Assembly: GCA_959602875.1 (NCBI GenBank)
Contig: CAUGVQ010000001.1
Span: 2,378 to 66,377 of the forward strand
Origin: an uncultured Collinsella sp.
GTDB taxonomy: Bacteria > Actinomycetota > Coriobacteriia > Coriobacteriales > Coriobacteriaceae
Direction: 5' to 3'
Length of the DNA stretch: 64,000 nt
Notes under the pieces: model-generated
Told to the model about the DNA's origin: nothing
The model's input: the letters and a program-made list of their open reading frames with translations, nothing else
The model's database searches: none
Part shown: positions 8,923 to 19,239 of the stretch, piece by piece
How the letters are laid out: every line of letters begins with the position of its first letter
How positions within the stretch are numbered: position 1 is the first letter of the stretch
Translations under genes and position numbers: made by a program

Positions 8923-10455
8923 GTGGAGGTCCTGTTTCACCTCAACGACGTCTCATTGCTGCTGCTGGGTACCGCCTGCCTCTCCGCAATGGCCTTGCAG
9001 GGGGCGCATCTCTTCGTTCTGGCGCTCTGGCGAGAGAGCCCGATGCGCGTCGGCACGCTGGTGTACGAGGCCCTGCTGATGGTGCACCTGCTGCTCGCCT
9101 CTGTGATTCTGCGCGAGGCCTGCGCGAACTACGCCTACGTGTCGCTGTGGTCGCGCTCGTTTTGCGTGCCGGCGATCGATGCGAGCTGGGTGAACGTCGC
9201 GCCCGTTCTCTGGGGGACGATTCTGGCGCTCGTGGCGCGGCGCCCCATCATGGTCGCGGAGCTTGTGGTCATGGCATGCTGGCTCCCTCCCTTCGTATGG
9301 CTTCTCGGGAGTGCATGGCCCTGGGTCGTGGCGATTGGCGTGGCATTCATGACGTCTCGCTCGCTTGCCTGCGTCGCGCTTGACTACCGACGTGGTGGCG
9401 AGCTCGTCACGCGATTCTCGCTCGCCGAAGTCGTGAACACGGCTCAGGAGGGGATACTCTGCTACAAGGCGGATGGCAGGATTCTCGTGATGAACGACGC
9501 CATGCGCGGCCTTCTCGAGACGCTGGGGTGTCGGAGCGTGCTCGTCGACGCGTGCGAGGTGCGTCGGATATTGCTGTCAGATGCGCGAGAGATTCACGAG
9601 TGCATGCTGGATGCAAATGGTGACGTGAGCGAGGCGTGGATAACGGCCCCCAACTCGACCAGATGGCGTCTCGTGTTCGATGTGGTCCGGTTGGGGATGG
9701 GGCATTGCGGGCGCGTGATCGCGACGGACGTAACGGAGCTCATGAAGCTCAACGAGGAGCTTGACGCGACCAACGCCGAGCTTGCGCTCGTGGAGGACCA
9801 CCTGCGCGCGTCTCTCGCGGTTGTCGATGCGACGGCGGAGCTCGACGCGCTCGCCCACATGCGTGCGCGAGTGCATGACGTCATCGGACAGCGTCTGTCG
9901 ATTCTTCACCGCGCGCTCGAAGACAGGGACCTCTCTCGTAGCCATCTGGGCGATCTCCGAGAGATAGTCGATACCATCATGGCCGATTTGGCCATGCGAG
10001 AGCAGGTTGACCCCAGGGCGGACCTTACGTCGATCATTGGGGCGTTCGAGCTGATTGGCGTTGAAATCGACGTTTCCGGCTCTCTGCCCGATTGCGATGA
10101 GGTGGCAGATGCTTTTGTGCGTGTCGTGAGGGAGGCGGTGACGAATGCCGTACGGCATGCGCATGCGACCTCGGTCGAGGTGACGATCGGCTCGTCGGAC
10201 AACGGCTTGGAGTCGAGTGGCGAGGACGAGCCGGGCGAGGGTCGGGCATGCTGGACTCTTTCGATCTGCGACAACGGCACGCCGCTCAAGACGGCAGAGA
10301 CGTCTGGCTCGGGTATTCCGGGTATGCGCCTAGCGGTGGAGGGGGTGGGAGGCGTCCTGCATGTGGAGCCGGCTCCCAAGTTTACGGTGCACGCGGTCGT
10401 GCCCCAAATCGCCTCCGGTTCCGCGGGACGGGATGTGGAAGGGAGAGGGCGATGA
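8923..10455 (+). CDS. Membrane sensor histidine kinase (NarX/HisKA_3 type)
   Basis: 5 TM segments, PAS-like region, RVHDVIGQRLS H-box, EAVTNAVRHA N-box, DNG and GSGIPGM G-boxes. Confidence 0.88.
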   Translation: MEVLFHLNDVSLLLLGTACLSAMALQGAHLFVLALWRESPMRVGTLVYEALLMVHLLLASVILREACANYAYVSLWSRSFCVPAIDASWVNVAPVLWGTILALVARRPIMVAELVVMACWLPPFVWLLGSAWPWVVAIGVAFMTSRSLACVALDYRRGGELVTRFSLAEVVNTAQEGILCYKADGRILVMNDAMRGLLETLGCRSVLVDACEVRRILLSDAREIHECMLDANGDVSEAWITAPNSTRWRLVFDVVRLGMGHCGRVIATDVTELMKLNEELDATNAELALVEDHLRASLAVVDATAELDALAHMRARVHDVIGQRLSILHRALEDRDLSRSHLGDLREIVDTIMADLAMREQVDPRADLTSIIGAFELIGVEIDVSGSLPDCDEVADAFVRVVREAVTNAVRHAHATSVEVTIGSSDNGLESSGEDEPGEGRACWTLSICDNGTPLKTAETSGSGIPGMRLAVEGVGGVLHVEPAPKFTVHAVVPQIASGSAGRDVEGRGR

Positions 10456-11078
10456 GGATGATTCGCGTTGCGGTCGTTGAGGACCAGACCATGTTGAGGG
10501 ACTCCTTGGTCTCCGCCATCAATCGCGAGCTCGATATGGAGGTCGTCGCCTCGCTTGCCGATGCGGCGGACGTGCTTGACCTCGCCCCTGACTGCGAGGT
10601 TGACGTGGCGCTGCTCGACGTGTGCACAGAGCACAACTCGAGCGGCATCATTGCCGCGAGAAAGCTCAAGGAGGCTCGTCCTCAGGTTAAGACGGTCATC
10701 ATGACAGGCATGTCGGACGTGACCTTCGTTCGTCAGGCGCGCGAGGCGGGCGTCGACAGCTTCATCTACAAGAACGTCGGGACGGACGACCTGCTGTCGG
10801 TGATTCGGTCTACCGTGGAGGGGTACTCGACCTTCCCCTCGTCTCGGAAGGGCGATGCCCCCGAAGTCGAGCTGCTGGACGAGCTCGAGCTCAAGATCTT
10901 GTATCTCACCTGTCAGGCGAAGAGCCGCAGGGAGATAGCGGCGGCGCTCTACATGAGCGAGGGAACGGTCAAGCGGCACATCTCGGAGATGCTTGCCAAG
11001 ACGGGCTACGACAACCTTCTCAAGCTGGCCGTGCGCGCCGTCTCAAGCGGAGGCATCGCGGTCAACGTCGAGCGCTGA
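10452..11078 (+). CDS. NarL/LuxR-family response regulator
   Basis: VVEDQ, LLDV, IMTG, IYKN receiver motifs; EIAAALYMSEGTVKRHIS HTH; ATGA coupling to the kinase. Confidence 0.92.
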   Translation: MRMIRVAVVEDQTMLRDSLVSAINRELDMEVVASLADAADVLDLAPDCEVDVALLDVCTEHNSSGIIAARKLKEARPQVKTVIMTGMSDVTFVRQAREAGVDSFIYKNVGTDDLLSVIRSTVEGYSTFPSSRKGDAPEVELLDELELKILYLTCQAKSRREIAAALYMSEGTVKRHISEMLAKTGYDNLLKLAVRAVSSGGIAVNVER

Positions 11079-11111
11079 TCAGCCGCGTTGGAAATCTCGA
11101 GTGCACCGACT

Positions 11112-11259
11112 GGTGTCCCATCGGGTTTGGGTTCGCCGCTAGGCCCTCTGGACGCGAGTAACGCCAGCTAGCACGCGAACTACCTGCGTAAACGTTGAGA
11201 GCGTTCTGTCGCGGGGGCTTGCGAGGCCCCTGTGGTGAACCCAAACCCGATGGGACACC
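11112..11259. repeat. Miniature inverted-repeat element (26-bp arms)
   Basis: GGTGTCCCATCGGGTTTGGGTTCGCC (11112-11137) versus GGTGAACCCAAACCCGATGGGACACC (11234-11259), 1 mismatch. Confidence 0.8.
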
Positions 11260-11335
11260 CGGTGCCGGGCGCTGCCGATGGGGGCGTCATTGCTGGGCAG
11301 TGTCCGATTCGAGACGATTCTCTCGGCCTCGTGCG

Positions 11336-11768
11336 CTACTCCGATCGGAGGGCGTCGATGAGCGGTGCGGCCCGCAGGCGGCGCAGCGCGTGGGCGCAGC
11401 TGGCGAGAAGGGCGAGCGCAACCAGCGCCACGGCCCCCGCCACGTGCGCCCACGGCACCTCGAGCCCCAGGCTCCACACGGTGAGGCCGCCCCGCGCGCA
11501 GAGCCAGGCACCAAGCGCGAGCGCGGCGGAAAGCCCCAGCGCGAGGCCCCACGCGGTCGTGCGCACGCACTCGCGCGCGAGCATGCGCATGAGGTCGCGC
11601 TCGCCCATCCCGACGGAGCGCAGCACGGCGAAGTCGTGCGCGCGCAGAAGCACGCTCGCGGCCGAGGAGTTGAACGCGCTCGCCACGCCCACGGCGGCGG
11701 CAGCCACGCCAAAGGTCGACAGGAGCGCCCGTATGGCGCCGTAGAGCGCCTCGGACCGTTGCGCCTCG
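11336..11768 (-). pseudogene. C-terminal fragment of an FtsX/MacB-type ABC permease, truncated by IS3
   Basis: RAHDFAVLRSVGM...LARE and PLIDALRSE motifs; frame stays open up to the IS end at 11769. Confidence 0.8.
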
Positions 11769-11796
11769 TGAATCTACCCCGATTCCGTTTACACCC

Positions 11797-12675
11797 TTAC
11801 GCCGCCATCTTGACGGCGCCCTCCATATTCCTCGCCTCGAACTCCGCGGGGCCGAGATTGCCCAGAGCCGAGTGGATCCTGGCCCTGTTGCAGGAGCACT
11901 CTATGTACTCGAAGATCTCGAGCGCCGCCTGCTCGCGCGCCTCGAAGGTCCTCGCGTGCACGCACTCCGCCTTGATGGGGCCCATGAGCGACTCCATCGC
12001 GGCGTTGTCCCACGGCGAGGATATCGACCCCATCGGGGGCTCGATGCCGGCCTCGCGCATCGTCTTGCCCGGCAGCAGCGACACGTACTGCGAGCCGTGA
12101 TCCGAGTGGTGGACGCACCCCCTCTTCGGGTGCCGGCGGGCTATCGCCATCCTGAGGGCGTCGTCGGCGAGCCCCGCCGTCATCCGGTCCGACATCGACC
12201 AGCCGACGATCATCCTGGACCATATGCCCATCACCACGGCCAGGCAGGGCCAGCCCCGGTGCGTGCGGACGTAGGTGACGTCCGCGAACCAGGCCCTGTT
12301 CGGGCCGTCGGCCGAGAACTCGCGGCGCACCAGGTCGGGGGCGGAGTTGGCCTGCGGCGCGGCCGCCTTCGCCTCGCCCTTCGGCCGCTTGGCGCGGCCG
12401 CGCGCCGTCCCGACCCGGCCGTTCTCGCGCATGATGCGCGCCACGCGCTTGCGCGGCGCGGGCTCGCCGGCCCTCTCGAGCCCGGCGAGGACCTTCGGCG
12501 CCCCGTAGATGCCGCGGCTGGCGGCGTATATCTCCGAGATCTTCCCGGCGGGCTCGGCGTCCCTCTCGTCGTGCGCGCTCGGCCGCCCCTTCCTCCGCGC
12601 GCAGCAGCCCTGGCGGGTGACATGGAGCGCGCGGCACATCCCGGACACGCTCCAGGCTCCTTCGTTGAGCAACAT
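11797..12675 (-). CDS. IS3 OrfB DDE transposase
   Basis: WFADVTYV, HHSDHGSQY, DNAAMES; several helix-breaking Pro substitutions suggest decay. Confidence 0.88.
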   Translation of the reverse strand: MLLNEGAWSVSGMCRALHVTRQGCCARRKGRPSAHDERDAEPAGKISEIYAASRGIYGAPKVLAGLERAGEPAPRKRVARIMRENGRVGTARGRAKRPKGEAKAAAPQANSAPDLVRREFSADGPNRAWFADVTYVRTHRGWPCLAVVMGIWSRMIVGWSMSDRMTAGLADDALRMAIARRHPKRGCVHHSDHGSQYVSLLPGKTMREAGIEPPMGSISSPWDNAAMESLMGPIKAECVHARTFEAREQAALEIFEYIECSCNRARIHSALGNLGPAEFEARNMEGAVKMAA

Positions 12676-12707
12676 GAAAGCGAACTTCGCCCCCTCCGCC
12701 CGGGCGC

Positions 12708-13052
12708 CTACAGCTGCCTGCCGGTGAGGAAGGCGCTCGCTTTTAAAAGCACCTCGTTCTCGCGCCTGAGCCGCTCGACCTCCCTGCGCAGGCGCCGGTT
12801 CTCCTCGGCCACCTTGAAGGGGTTGTCCTCGGGCGACGCCCGGGCGGCGTCGGCCCTCCTGACCCAGTCCGATATGCTGCCGGCGTCGACTCCGAGCTCC
12901 CGCGCGATCTCGGCGCAGGTGCCGCCCCGCTCCCTGTACAGCCTCACCGCCTGCTGCTTGAACTCGGCCGAATACTTGGGCGACGGATGCCCCGTCCCAT
13001 GCCCCCTCTCCCCGTTTGCGGCATCATGCCGAAACGGAACTCCGCGTGTCAA
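12708..13052 (-). CDS. IS3 OrfA (HTH + leucine zipper); true start uncertain
   Basis: KYSAEFKQQAVRL, EIARELGV, ENRRLRREVERLRRENEVLLKA. Confidence 0.82.
   Translation of the reverse strand: MTRGVPFRHDAANGERGHGTGHPSPKYSAEFKQQAVRLYRERGGTCAEIARELGVDAGSISDWVRRADAARASPEDNPFKVAEENRRLRREVERLRRENEVLLKASAFLTGRQL
12741..12747 (-). other. -1 programmed frameshift heptamer T_TTA_AAA joining orfA to orfB
   Basis: The -1 frame from this site reads without a stop into OrfB (…AKFAFMLLNEG). Confidence 0.7.
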
Positions 13053-13071
13053 CGGGAATGGGGCAGATTCA

Positions 13072-13628
13072 GATTCACGACGACCTGCCGCCTTATGGCG
13101 GCGTCGCGGTCGCGGCCGAGGCGCGCCCGGTGGTACTCATAGGAGCTCCTCGATATCCTCAAGAAACCGGTGATCGAGCGGAGGGGCAGGCCGGTCGCCA
13201 GCCTCAATCTCTCGCCGAGCTCGCACTTGCTCCTGTTCGAGATCGAAGCCGGGTCCCACCCTCCCGCTTTTAGGTCGGCCAGCACCGCCCTGAGCAGCAT
13301 GTTCTCTATCTGGGCCGGCTCGAGCCCCGCGAGGGGCCCGGTCGCCGGCGGGTCGTACAGCCCCTTCACGGACATGCGCGCCGCCTTTCGATCGGTGGTG
13401 TCGCCGTCCATCGTACCCGAGCCCCAGGGCCTCCCGGTGTAGCTTCTCGGCAGGCACCCCACGGACCACCTCCACGCCGTCGTCTTGGGCACCCCGGCGA
13501 GCGCGGCGGCGCCGGCCAGCGTCGCGCCGCCGGCGAGCGCCGCCAGCGCCACCTCGACCCTCTTCCTGTCGTGCATGCGGACCTCCCGCCCGGACGCCCG
13601 TCGGCGTCCAACTTTTCGTCCGCATCTC
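13072..13628 (-). pseudogene. 5' remnant of a second IS3-like transposase, cut by the first IS
   Basis: HTH AAALAGVPKTTAWRW, IENMLLRAVLADLK, LRISRSSYEYHR; AT-richer GTCCAACTTTTCGTCCGCATCTC end near 13606-13628. Confidence 0.7.
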
Positions 13629-14003
13629 CCTCAGCTCGTTTTTCTGAGACGGTCGGCCTCCCGGTTCCGAAAACCCGTTTCCCTGGGACGTCTCCGACAA
13701 CGGTTCGACAACCCCGTTTCCGAGGGGTCTGTTGGCTGACGCCTTCCACTGCGTCAGTCGCCGCCGGCTCGAGGCGCGCAGCGCCTCGGCGAGCGCGAGG
13801 AAAGGAAAGGCGCCCTTACGCGCCGCCGCGTCGTGCCTCGACTCCAATGGGCGCGGGGCCTCGGCGTTGCGTCGCGAGGGGCTCCTGCTGCGTGATACAA
13901 TGCTCTCAGCGACTGATTCGATCGGCGGTCGTCGGGTAGCGTGCCCGGCGGCCGCCGAAGTTGTATACGTACATCCTAATGTACATCCGACTCTATTGAA
14001 ATG

Positions 14004-14038
14004 AAAAAAGCTAGGTACCGAAATAACGGTACCTAGCT
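14004..14038 (-). terminator. Rho-independent terminator of the tRNA
   Basis: AGCTAGGTACCG-N6-CGGTACCTAGCT followed by a T-tract on the minus strand. Confidence 0.8.
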
Positions 14039-14047
14039 GCTGTTTCA

Positions 14048-14124
14048 TGGTCGCGGGGGCAGGATTTGAACCTACGACCTCCGGGTTATGAGCCCGGCGA
14101 GCTACCAGACTGCTCCACCCCGCA
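14048..14124 (-). tRNA. tRNA-Met(CAT), initiator type
   Basis: TGCGGGGTGGAGCAGTCTGGTAGCTCGCCGGGCTCATAACCCGGAGGTCGTAGGTTCAAATCCTGCCCCCGCGACCA; GGG/CCC anticodon stem, non-Watson-Crick 1:72 pair, encoded CCA. Confidence 0.95.
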
Positions 14125-14154
14125 ATGTCTGGATGCGCCTTTGCGCAAGAGAGT

Positions 14155-14183
14155 ATATTACGCTCCTGCATTCGCGATTGCAA
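14155..14183 (-). promoter_or_regulatory. Sigma70-type promoter for the tRNA
   Basis: TTGCAA-17 bp-TAATAT on the minus strand. Confidence 0.6.
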
Positions 14184-14258
14184 GCCGGCTGCCCAAGGTT
14201 GTGAAGGTTGCTCCACAATAAGGCCGGTGGGCAGCTACGAACGCGCTGCGCGGGCGGG

Positions 14259-14453
14259 CTAGCGCTCGAGCTTTTCCTCGCGGGCGGCGAGGGCCTGCTT
14301 GAGCGCATCGAGGTCACGCTCGGTGTGTTTGGCGCGACGCGACAGGACAAACGCGTAGACTGCAAGCGCGAGCCAAATGCCCACGTAAGCGGCAATAACA
14401 AAGGGAGCGGCGGGCAAAACGGTCGAGTAGACCTCGGCAAGAATGGGATCCAT
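14259..14453 (-). CDS. ccmD: CcmD-like small membrane protein
   Basis: FVIAAYVGIWLALAVYAF TM helix + charged tail, directly after ccmC, AGGAGG RBS. Confidence 0.65.
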   Translation of the reverse strand: MDPILAEVYSTVLPAAPFVIAAYVGIWLALAVYAFVLSRRAKHTERDLDALKQALAAREEKLER

Positions 14454-14456
14454 GGG

Positions 14457-15449
14457 TTAGACCTCCTGAGAGGATGGGGCGGACTGATCGGAATCGCAGG
14501 TCGCGTCTGCCGCGGGGGCAGCATTTGAACCTACGACCTCCGGGTTATGAGCCCGGTGAGCATCGGGCGCAGCGGCGGGGGCGGCGTCTGCCGCAGAGGC
14601 GCTGAGCTTGGCGCCAGCGGCGCGCAGGCGCTCGAGGGCCTCATCGGCGGCGGCGCGCTCACGCCAGGCGTCCTGTTCCTCGAGGCGCTCTTTGAGCTCC
14701 TCTACCTCGGCAGCGTCTGAATTGATGCGGAGCGCTATGCGCGTGAGCGCAAAGGCAACGAGCAACATGCCAAACAGCCCCAGCAAAAACGGGATGAGCA
14801 TCATGGGCGGCAGACCGCTGTCGGTGCGAAAGACCACCGGATGGATCGAGCTCGGCACCAGACGCGTGATGAGAAACGAGATGGGCGCGTCCACAAAGGC
14901 CACGATGCCAAACACGGCAGAGAAGCGCGCGCGGCGCTCGGGATCCTCAATGGCGTTGCGCAGAATAAAGTAGCCAATGACGAGCAGCATGAGGATAAAG
15001 TACGTGGTGAGGCGCGGCTCCCACACCCACCAGACGCCCCACTCAAACCGAGTCCAGAGATCGCCCGAGATCATGGTTGCCGCCACAAAGACGAGCGTGA
15101 CCTCCATGGCGGTTTCAGACCACACGTCAAAGCGGCGCTCCCCCGTCATAAGGAAGCGAACGGCCCAGAAGGCCGCAAACGCCATGACGGCAAACGACGC
15201 CACGGCAACGGGAACGTGCAGGTAGAAGATCTTTTGGCTGAGTAACAGCTTGGTCGTAATCTGCTGACCGGCAATGATGACCGGCTCGGTTAGCTCGGCA
15301 CCTTGCACCATGGGTGCCAGCGTGAACGTCCACACGACGTCGATGAGGACGAGCAGCACGCCGAGGACGAGTGCCACAGGCGCAAACCGGTCGAGCGCGC
15401 CGGCGAGCGTGGGGCCGTGCTGGTCGGCCTGATATGTGTTGTGCGCCAC
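14457..15449 (-). CDS. ccmC: Heme exporter CcmC with an extended C-terminal tail
   Basis: IFYLHVP, WTRFEWGVWWVWEPRLT WWD motif, SIHP; GTG start with AGAGGT RBS. Confidence 0.9.
   Translation of the reverse strand: MAHNTYQADQHGPTLAGALDRFAPVALVLGVLLVLIDVVWTFTLAPMVQGAELTEPVIIAGQQITTKLLLSQKIFYLHVPVAVASFAVMAFAAFWAVRFLMTGERRFDVWSETAMEVTLVFVAATMISGDLWTRFEWGVWWVWEPRLTTYFILMLLVIGYFILRNAIEDPERRARFSAVFGIVAFVDAPISFLITRLVPSSIHPVVFRTDSGLPPMMLIPFLLGLFGMLLVAFALTRIALRINSDAAEVEELKERLEEQDAWRERAAADEALERLRAAGAKLSASAADAAPAAAPDAHRAHNPEVVGSNAAPAADATCDSDQSAPSSQEV
14511..14561 (-). repeat. Copy of the tRNA-Met 3' half inside the ccmC coding sequence
   Basis: 49/51 identity to 14052-14102. Confidence 0.92.
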
Positions 15450-15487
15450 CTTACCTCTTTCTTTGAAGTTACCGTAATGCAACTAAT

Positions 15488-16273
15488 CTATCCCTCGACG
15501 GCGAACTCGTAAAGGCCCCATGCCGCCGCAATCATGACCACATCGTAGGCGGCTGCCACGGCAAGCGAGGTCCAGAACGTGCCGAACGTGCCCTCGACCC
15601 CCATGAATGCGACCGACGTGGCCGACACACAGGCGTAGAGCAAGGGGAAGATGACGGGGATGAGCAGGATGGCGAGCAGCACGTCGCGCCCGCGCGTGTC
15701 GATAGTCATGGTGGCGAGGAGCGTACCCACGCCGGCGACGCCGATGGTGCCCACGACGAGCGGCAGCACGATGTAGGGCGTGGTGGCGGCGAGCTCCGCT
15801 CCCGAGAGGAAGAACAAGAAGAAGAGCGGCACCGTGATGCACTCCACCACCGCGAGGAAGACCAAGTTTGCCGTTGCCTTGGCAAGAAAGATCACGGCGC
15901 GGTCCACGGGCGCGAGCAGGATGCCCTCGAGGCAGGAGGACTCCGTCTCGTGCGCAAAGCTGCGGTTGAGGCCCAGGAGGCTCGTGAAAACGATGAGCGC
16001 CCAAAGTAGGCCGCCCGCAAACGACACGACCTGAAGGCGGTCGCCCACCTGCGCAAGCGCGGCACCGTACACCGTGAGCACAAGGAGCGCGTAGACCGCC
16101 ATTGAGGTGAGCATCTCGCGCGTGCGGATCTCTTGGCGGAGGTCCTTGGCAAGAAGCGCCCGGTACTGCTGCCAGGACGAGACGCGGCGGCGCGCGGCTG
16201 ACGAGCGGGGCGCGGCGGACGCGGGAACCTCGGTGCGCCGGGCTTTGGGCTGGTTGTTGGGTGTGCGTGCCAT
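15488..16273 (-). CDS. ccmB: Heme exporter CcmB
   Basis: LAKDLRQEIRTRE, GLNRSFAHE..LEGILLAP, LLIPVIFPLL. Confidence 0.9.
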   Translation of the reverse strand: MARTPNNQPKARRTEVPASAAPRSSAARRRVSSWQQYRALLAKDLRQEIRTREMLTSMAVYALLVLTVYGAALAQVGDRLQVVSFAGGLLWALIVFTSLLGLNRSFAHETESSCLEGILLAPVDRAVIFLAKATANLVFLAVVECITVPLFFLFFLSGAELAATTPYIVLPLVVGTIGVAGVGTLLATMTIDTRGRDVLLAILLIPVIFPLLYACVSATSVAFMGVEGTFGTFWTSLAVAAAYDVVMIAAAWGLYEFAVEG

Positions 16274-16274
16274 A

Positions 16275-17004
<730 letters not shown>

Positions 17005-17018
<14 letters not shown>

Positions 17019-19158
17019 CAGCCGCCAGAAGCGGCGTGGCGCGGCGCGGCAGGGCGGCGAGCACAATGCCCGCAATGCAGATGGCGCCTCCCACCCAGTT
17101 ACAGAGGATGAGCGGGTTGACCTTGACCGAAAGCGAAAGGGACCCGTCTGCGTTGAGGCCCTGGAAAGCAACGAAGAGATCCTCCGTAGGGAAGGTGAGC
17201 ACGCTCGCATGGAGCGTCTGCTGTTGCGTGGTGGCAGAGACCTCGATGGCGGGGGCGAGCGTGCCGATAGTGGCGGACTCGTCGGCGGCACCATCCGCCG
17301 CGGTGCGGCTGACCGCGAGGTCGACCGTCATGATGCGGTTGTCGTGCACGTCAAAGGTGTCGTCGATATTCTCGACCGTGAGCGTGTAGCCGCCCGCGGT
17401 CCCCTGCGCGCCCACCTCGGCAGCCACGTTTACCGTCTGCTCCTGCACGAACATGCCGGAGCCCACGAGGCCCACCAGGGCGATCGCGCAACCCAAGTGC
17501 GCAAGGTAGCCGCCGGCCTGCGCGGGCGAACGGCGGAACAGGTTCACCGGCGCTGCGAGCGCGCTGTCGCCCTTGGCGATACGTCCGCGCACGCCGCGAC
17601 CCAGAAGATAGGCGGACGAAGCAAACAGGAGCGCCGCCGCCACAAGCGAGACCTCGGCAACGGCAAGGTAGTACAAGCGCGGCCCCTGCTCGGTAAGCGT
17701 TGCCGCCGCATCGCCGCCCGCCGCGATGATTGCGTCGTAGGCGGGGACGAGCTCAAGCGCAAAGTACGCCTCAAGCGCTACGAGCACCACCACGCCGGTG
17801 ATGAGCGGCACGCGGAAGTTCCGCCAGAAGGCAGCGCCCTCGGTACGGCGCCACCCAAGCAGCGGGCACACGGCCATGAGCAGGCCAAAGAGCGCCGTCG
17901 CCGGGCGGGAAACTGCGTTGTAGACGCCGGCGGAGACCACCTGGCCGCCGAGCGGCAGCCAGCTCGGCAGCGCGCTCGACACCGTGAGGTACGCCACGAG
18001 GCACGCGCCCACGATGCACACCAGATCGGTGATGTAGTAGGAGCCGTTTTTGGAGAGGAGCGACTCGATCTCGTCGTCCTCGGCAAGCGCCGCGTTGCGG
18101 TAGAGCAACAGCAGCAAAAACGCGAGGGCGGCGGCGATCATGATGCCGAGGAAGAAATAGGTCGAAACCGGGTCCTCGGCGAACGCATGCACCGACTGCA
18201 CAAGGCCCGAACGGGTGATGAACGTGCCGAGCACCACAAAGATAAAGGTGATGGTGGCGGCAAACAGGCTCCAGCGCTTGAAGACGCCGCGACGACGGTA
18301 GAGGGTGAAACTGTGGATCATGGCGATGGCGGTGAGCCAGCTCATGAAGCTCGCGTTCTCGACCGCGTCCCACGCCCAGAAGCCACCCCAGCCGAGCACG
18401 ACGTAGGCCCAGACGGCGCCGAGCACCATGCCGATGGTGAGGAAGATGAAGCTAAAGACAGCCACACGGTCGGTGTGCTCGACCCAGCGCGCCGAGAGAT
18501 CGCCGGTGATGAGCGCGCCGATTGCATAGGCAAACGGCACCGTGCAGCCGGCGTAGCCGATGAACGTCGCCGGCGGATGCAGGACCATCGCCCAATGAAG
18601 CAGCAACGGGTTCATGCCGCTCGACGCCCCCGCCACGAGCGAGCCATCGGCATTGAGGTACTCGACCGGCGTGGCAATGAAGGCGTTGTTGGCGTCGGAG
18701 AGCGCCATCGCGCAGGTGAAAAGCACGATCACGATCTCGGCCACACCAAGGGCGGCGGAGGTAAGGGCGTCGGTCTGGCGCATGCGACGCCATGCGGTGA
18801 CTGCAGCGAAAAGGGAAATGAGCCAGGTCCAGAAGAGGAGCGACCCCTGGCGGCCCGCCCACACGCCGGCGACCTGGTAGAGCACGCGCAGCGGGCTATC
18901 GTCGACGGGGAAGTTCATCGCCACGTAGGAAAGCGTCATATTCTCGGTAAGGAAGCACACGAGGATGAGGCCGATGCAGAGCGTGAGCAAAAGCGCGTTG
19001 GCAAAGACGAGCATGAAGCCCACGTTGGCAAAGGCGCTCGCCCGCTTCTCGCTCGCCGCGCCGCCACGCGCCGCCGCCACGCTCGCCATGAGCGACACAA
19101 ACGCCACCGCGCCAACCGCGAGCGACAGGTTCTGCATGATGTTGCCGATAAGACTCAT
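17005..19158 (-). CDS. ccmF: Cytochrome c heme lyase CcmF
   Basis: WAGRQGSLLFW, GMNPLL..M.LHPP, WAYVVLGWGGFWAWDAVEN, SVHAF. Confidence 0.93.
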
Positions 19159-19239
19159 CGGGAAGGTTCTCCTCTACGCGATGTGCTGTACAAACGGGAA
19201 TCGGGGCCGCGGGCGCTGCGCCCTGGCCCCGTGCGGTGA

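Larger units (their letters stand above)
11769..13071 (-). mobile_element. IS3-family insertion sequence, probably decayed
   Basis: TG...CA ends, IR TGAATCTACCCCGATTCCGTTTACAC / TGAATCTGCCCCATTCCCGTTGACAC, orfA + orfB, no matching target duplication. Confidence 0.9.
1..14047. mobile_element. Integrative mobilisable element / genomic island at the 3' end of tRNA-fMet (left boundary outside window)
   Basis: Tyrosine integrase, relaxase, accessory cargo and IS remnants lie directly downstream of the tRNA 3' end; the far att site is not seen in the window. Confidence 0.65.

Noticed and set aside
13137..14216. 359-aa ORF spanning the tRNA and IS remnants
   Set aside because: It reads through a tRNA, a terminator and IS ends; chance open frame.
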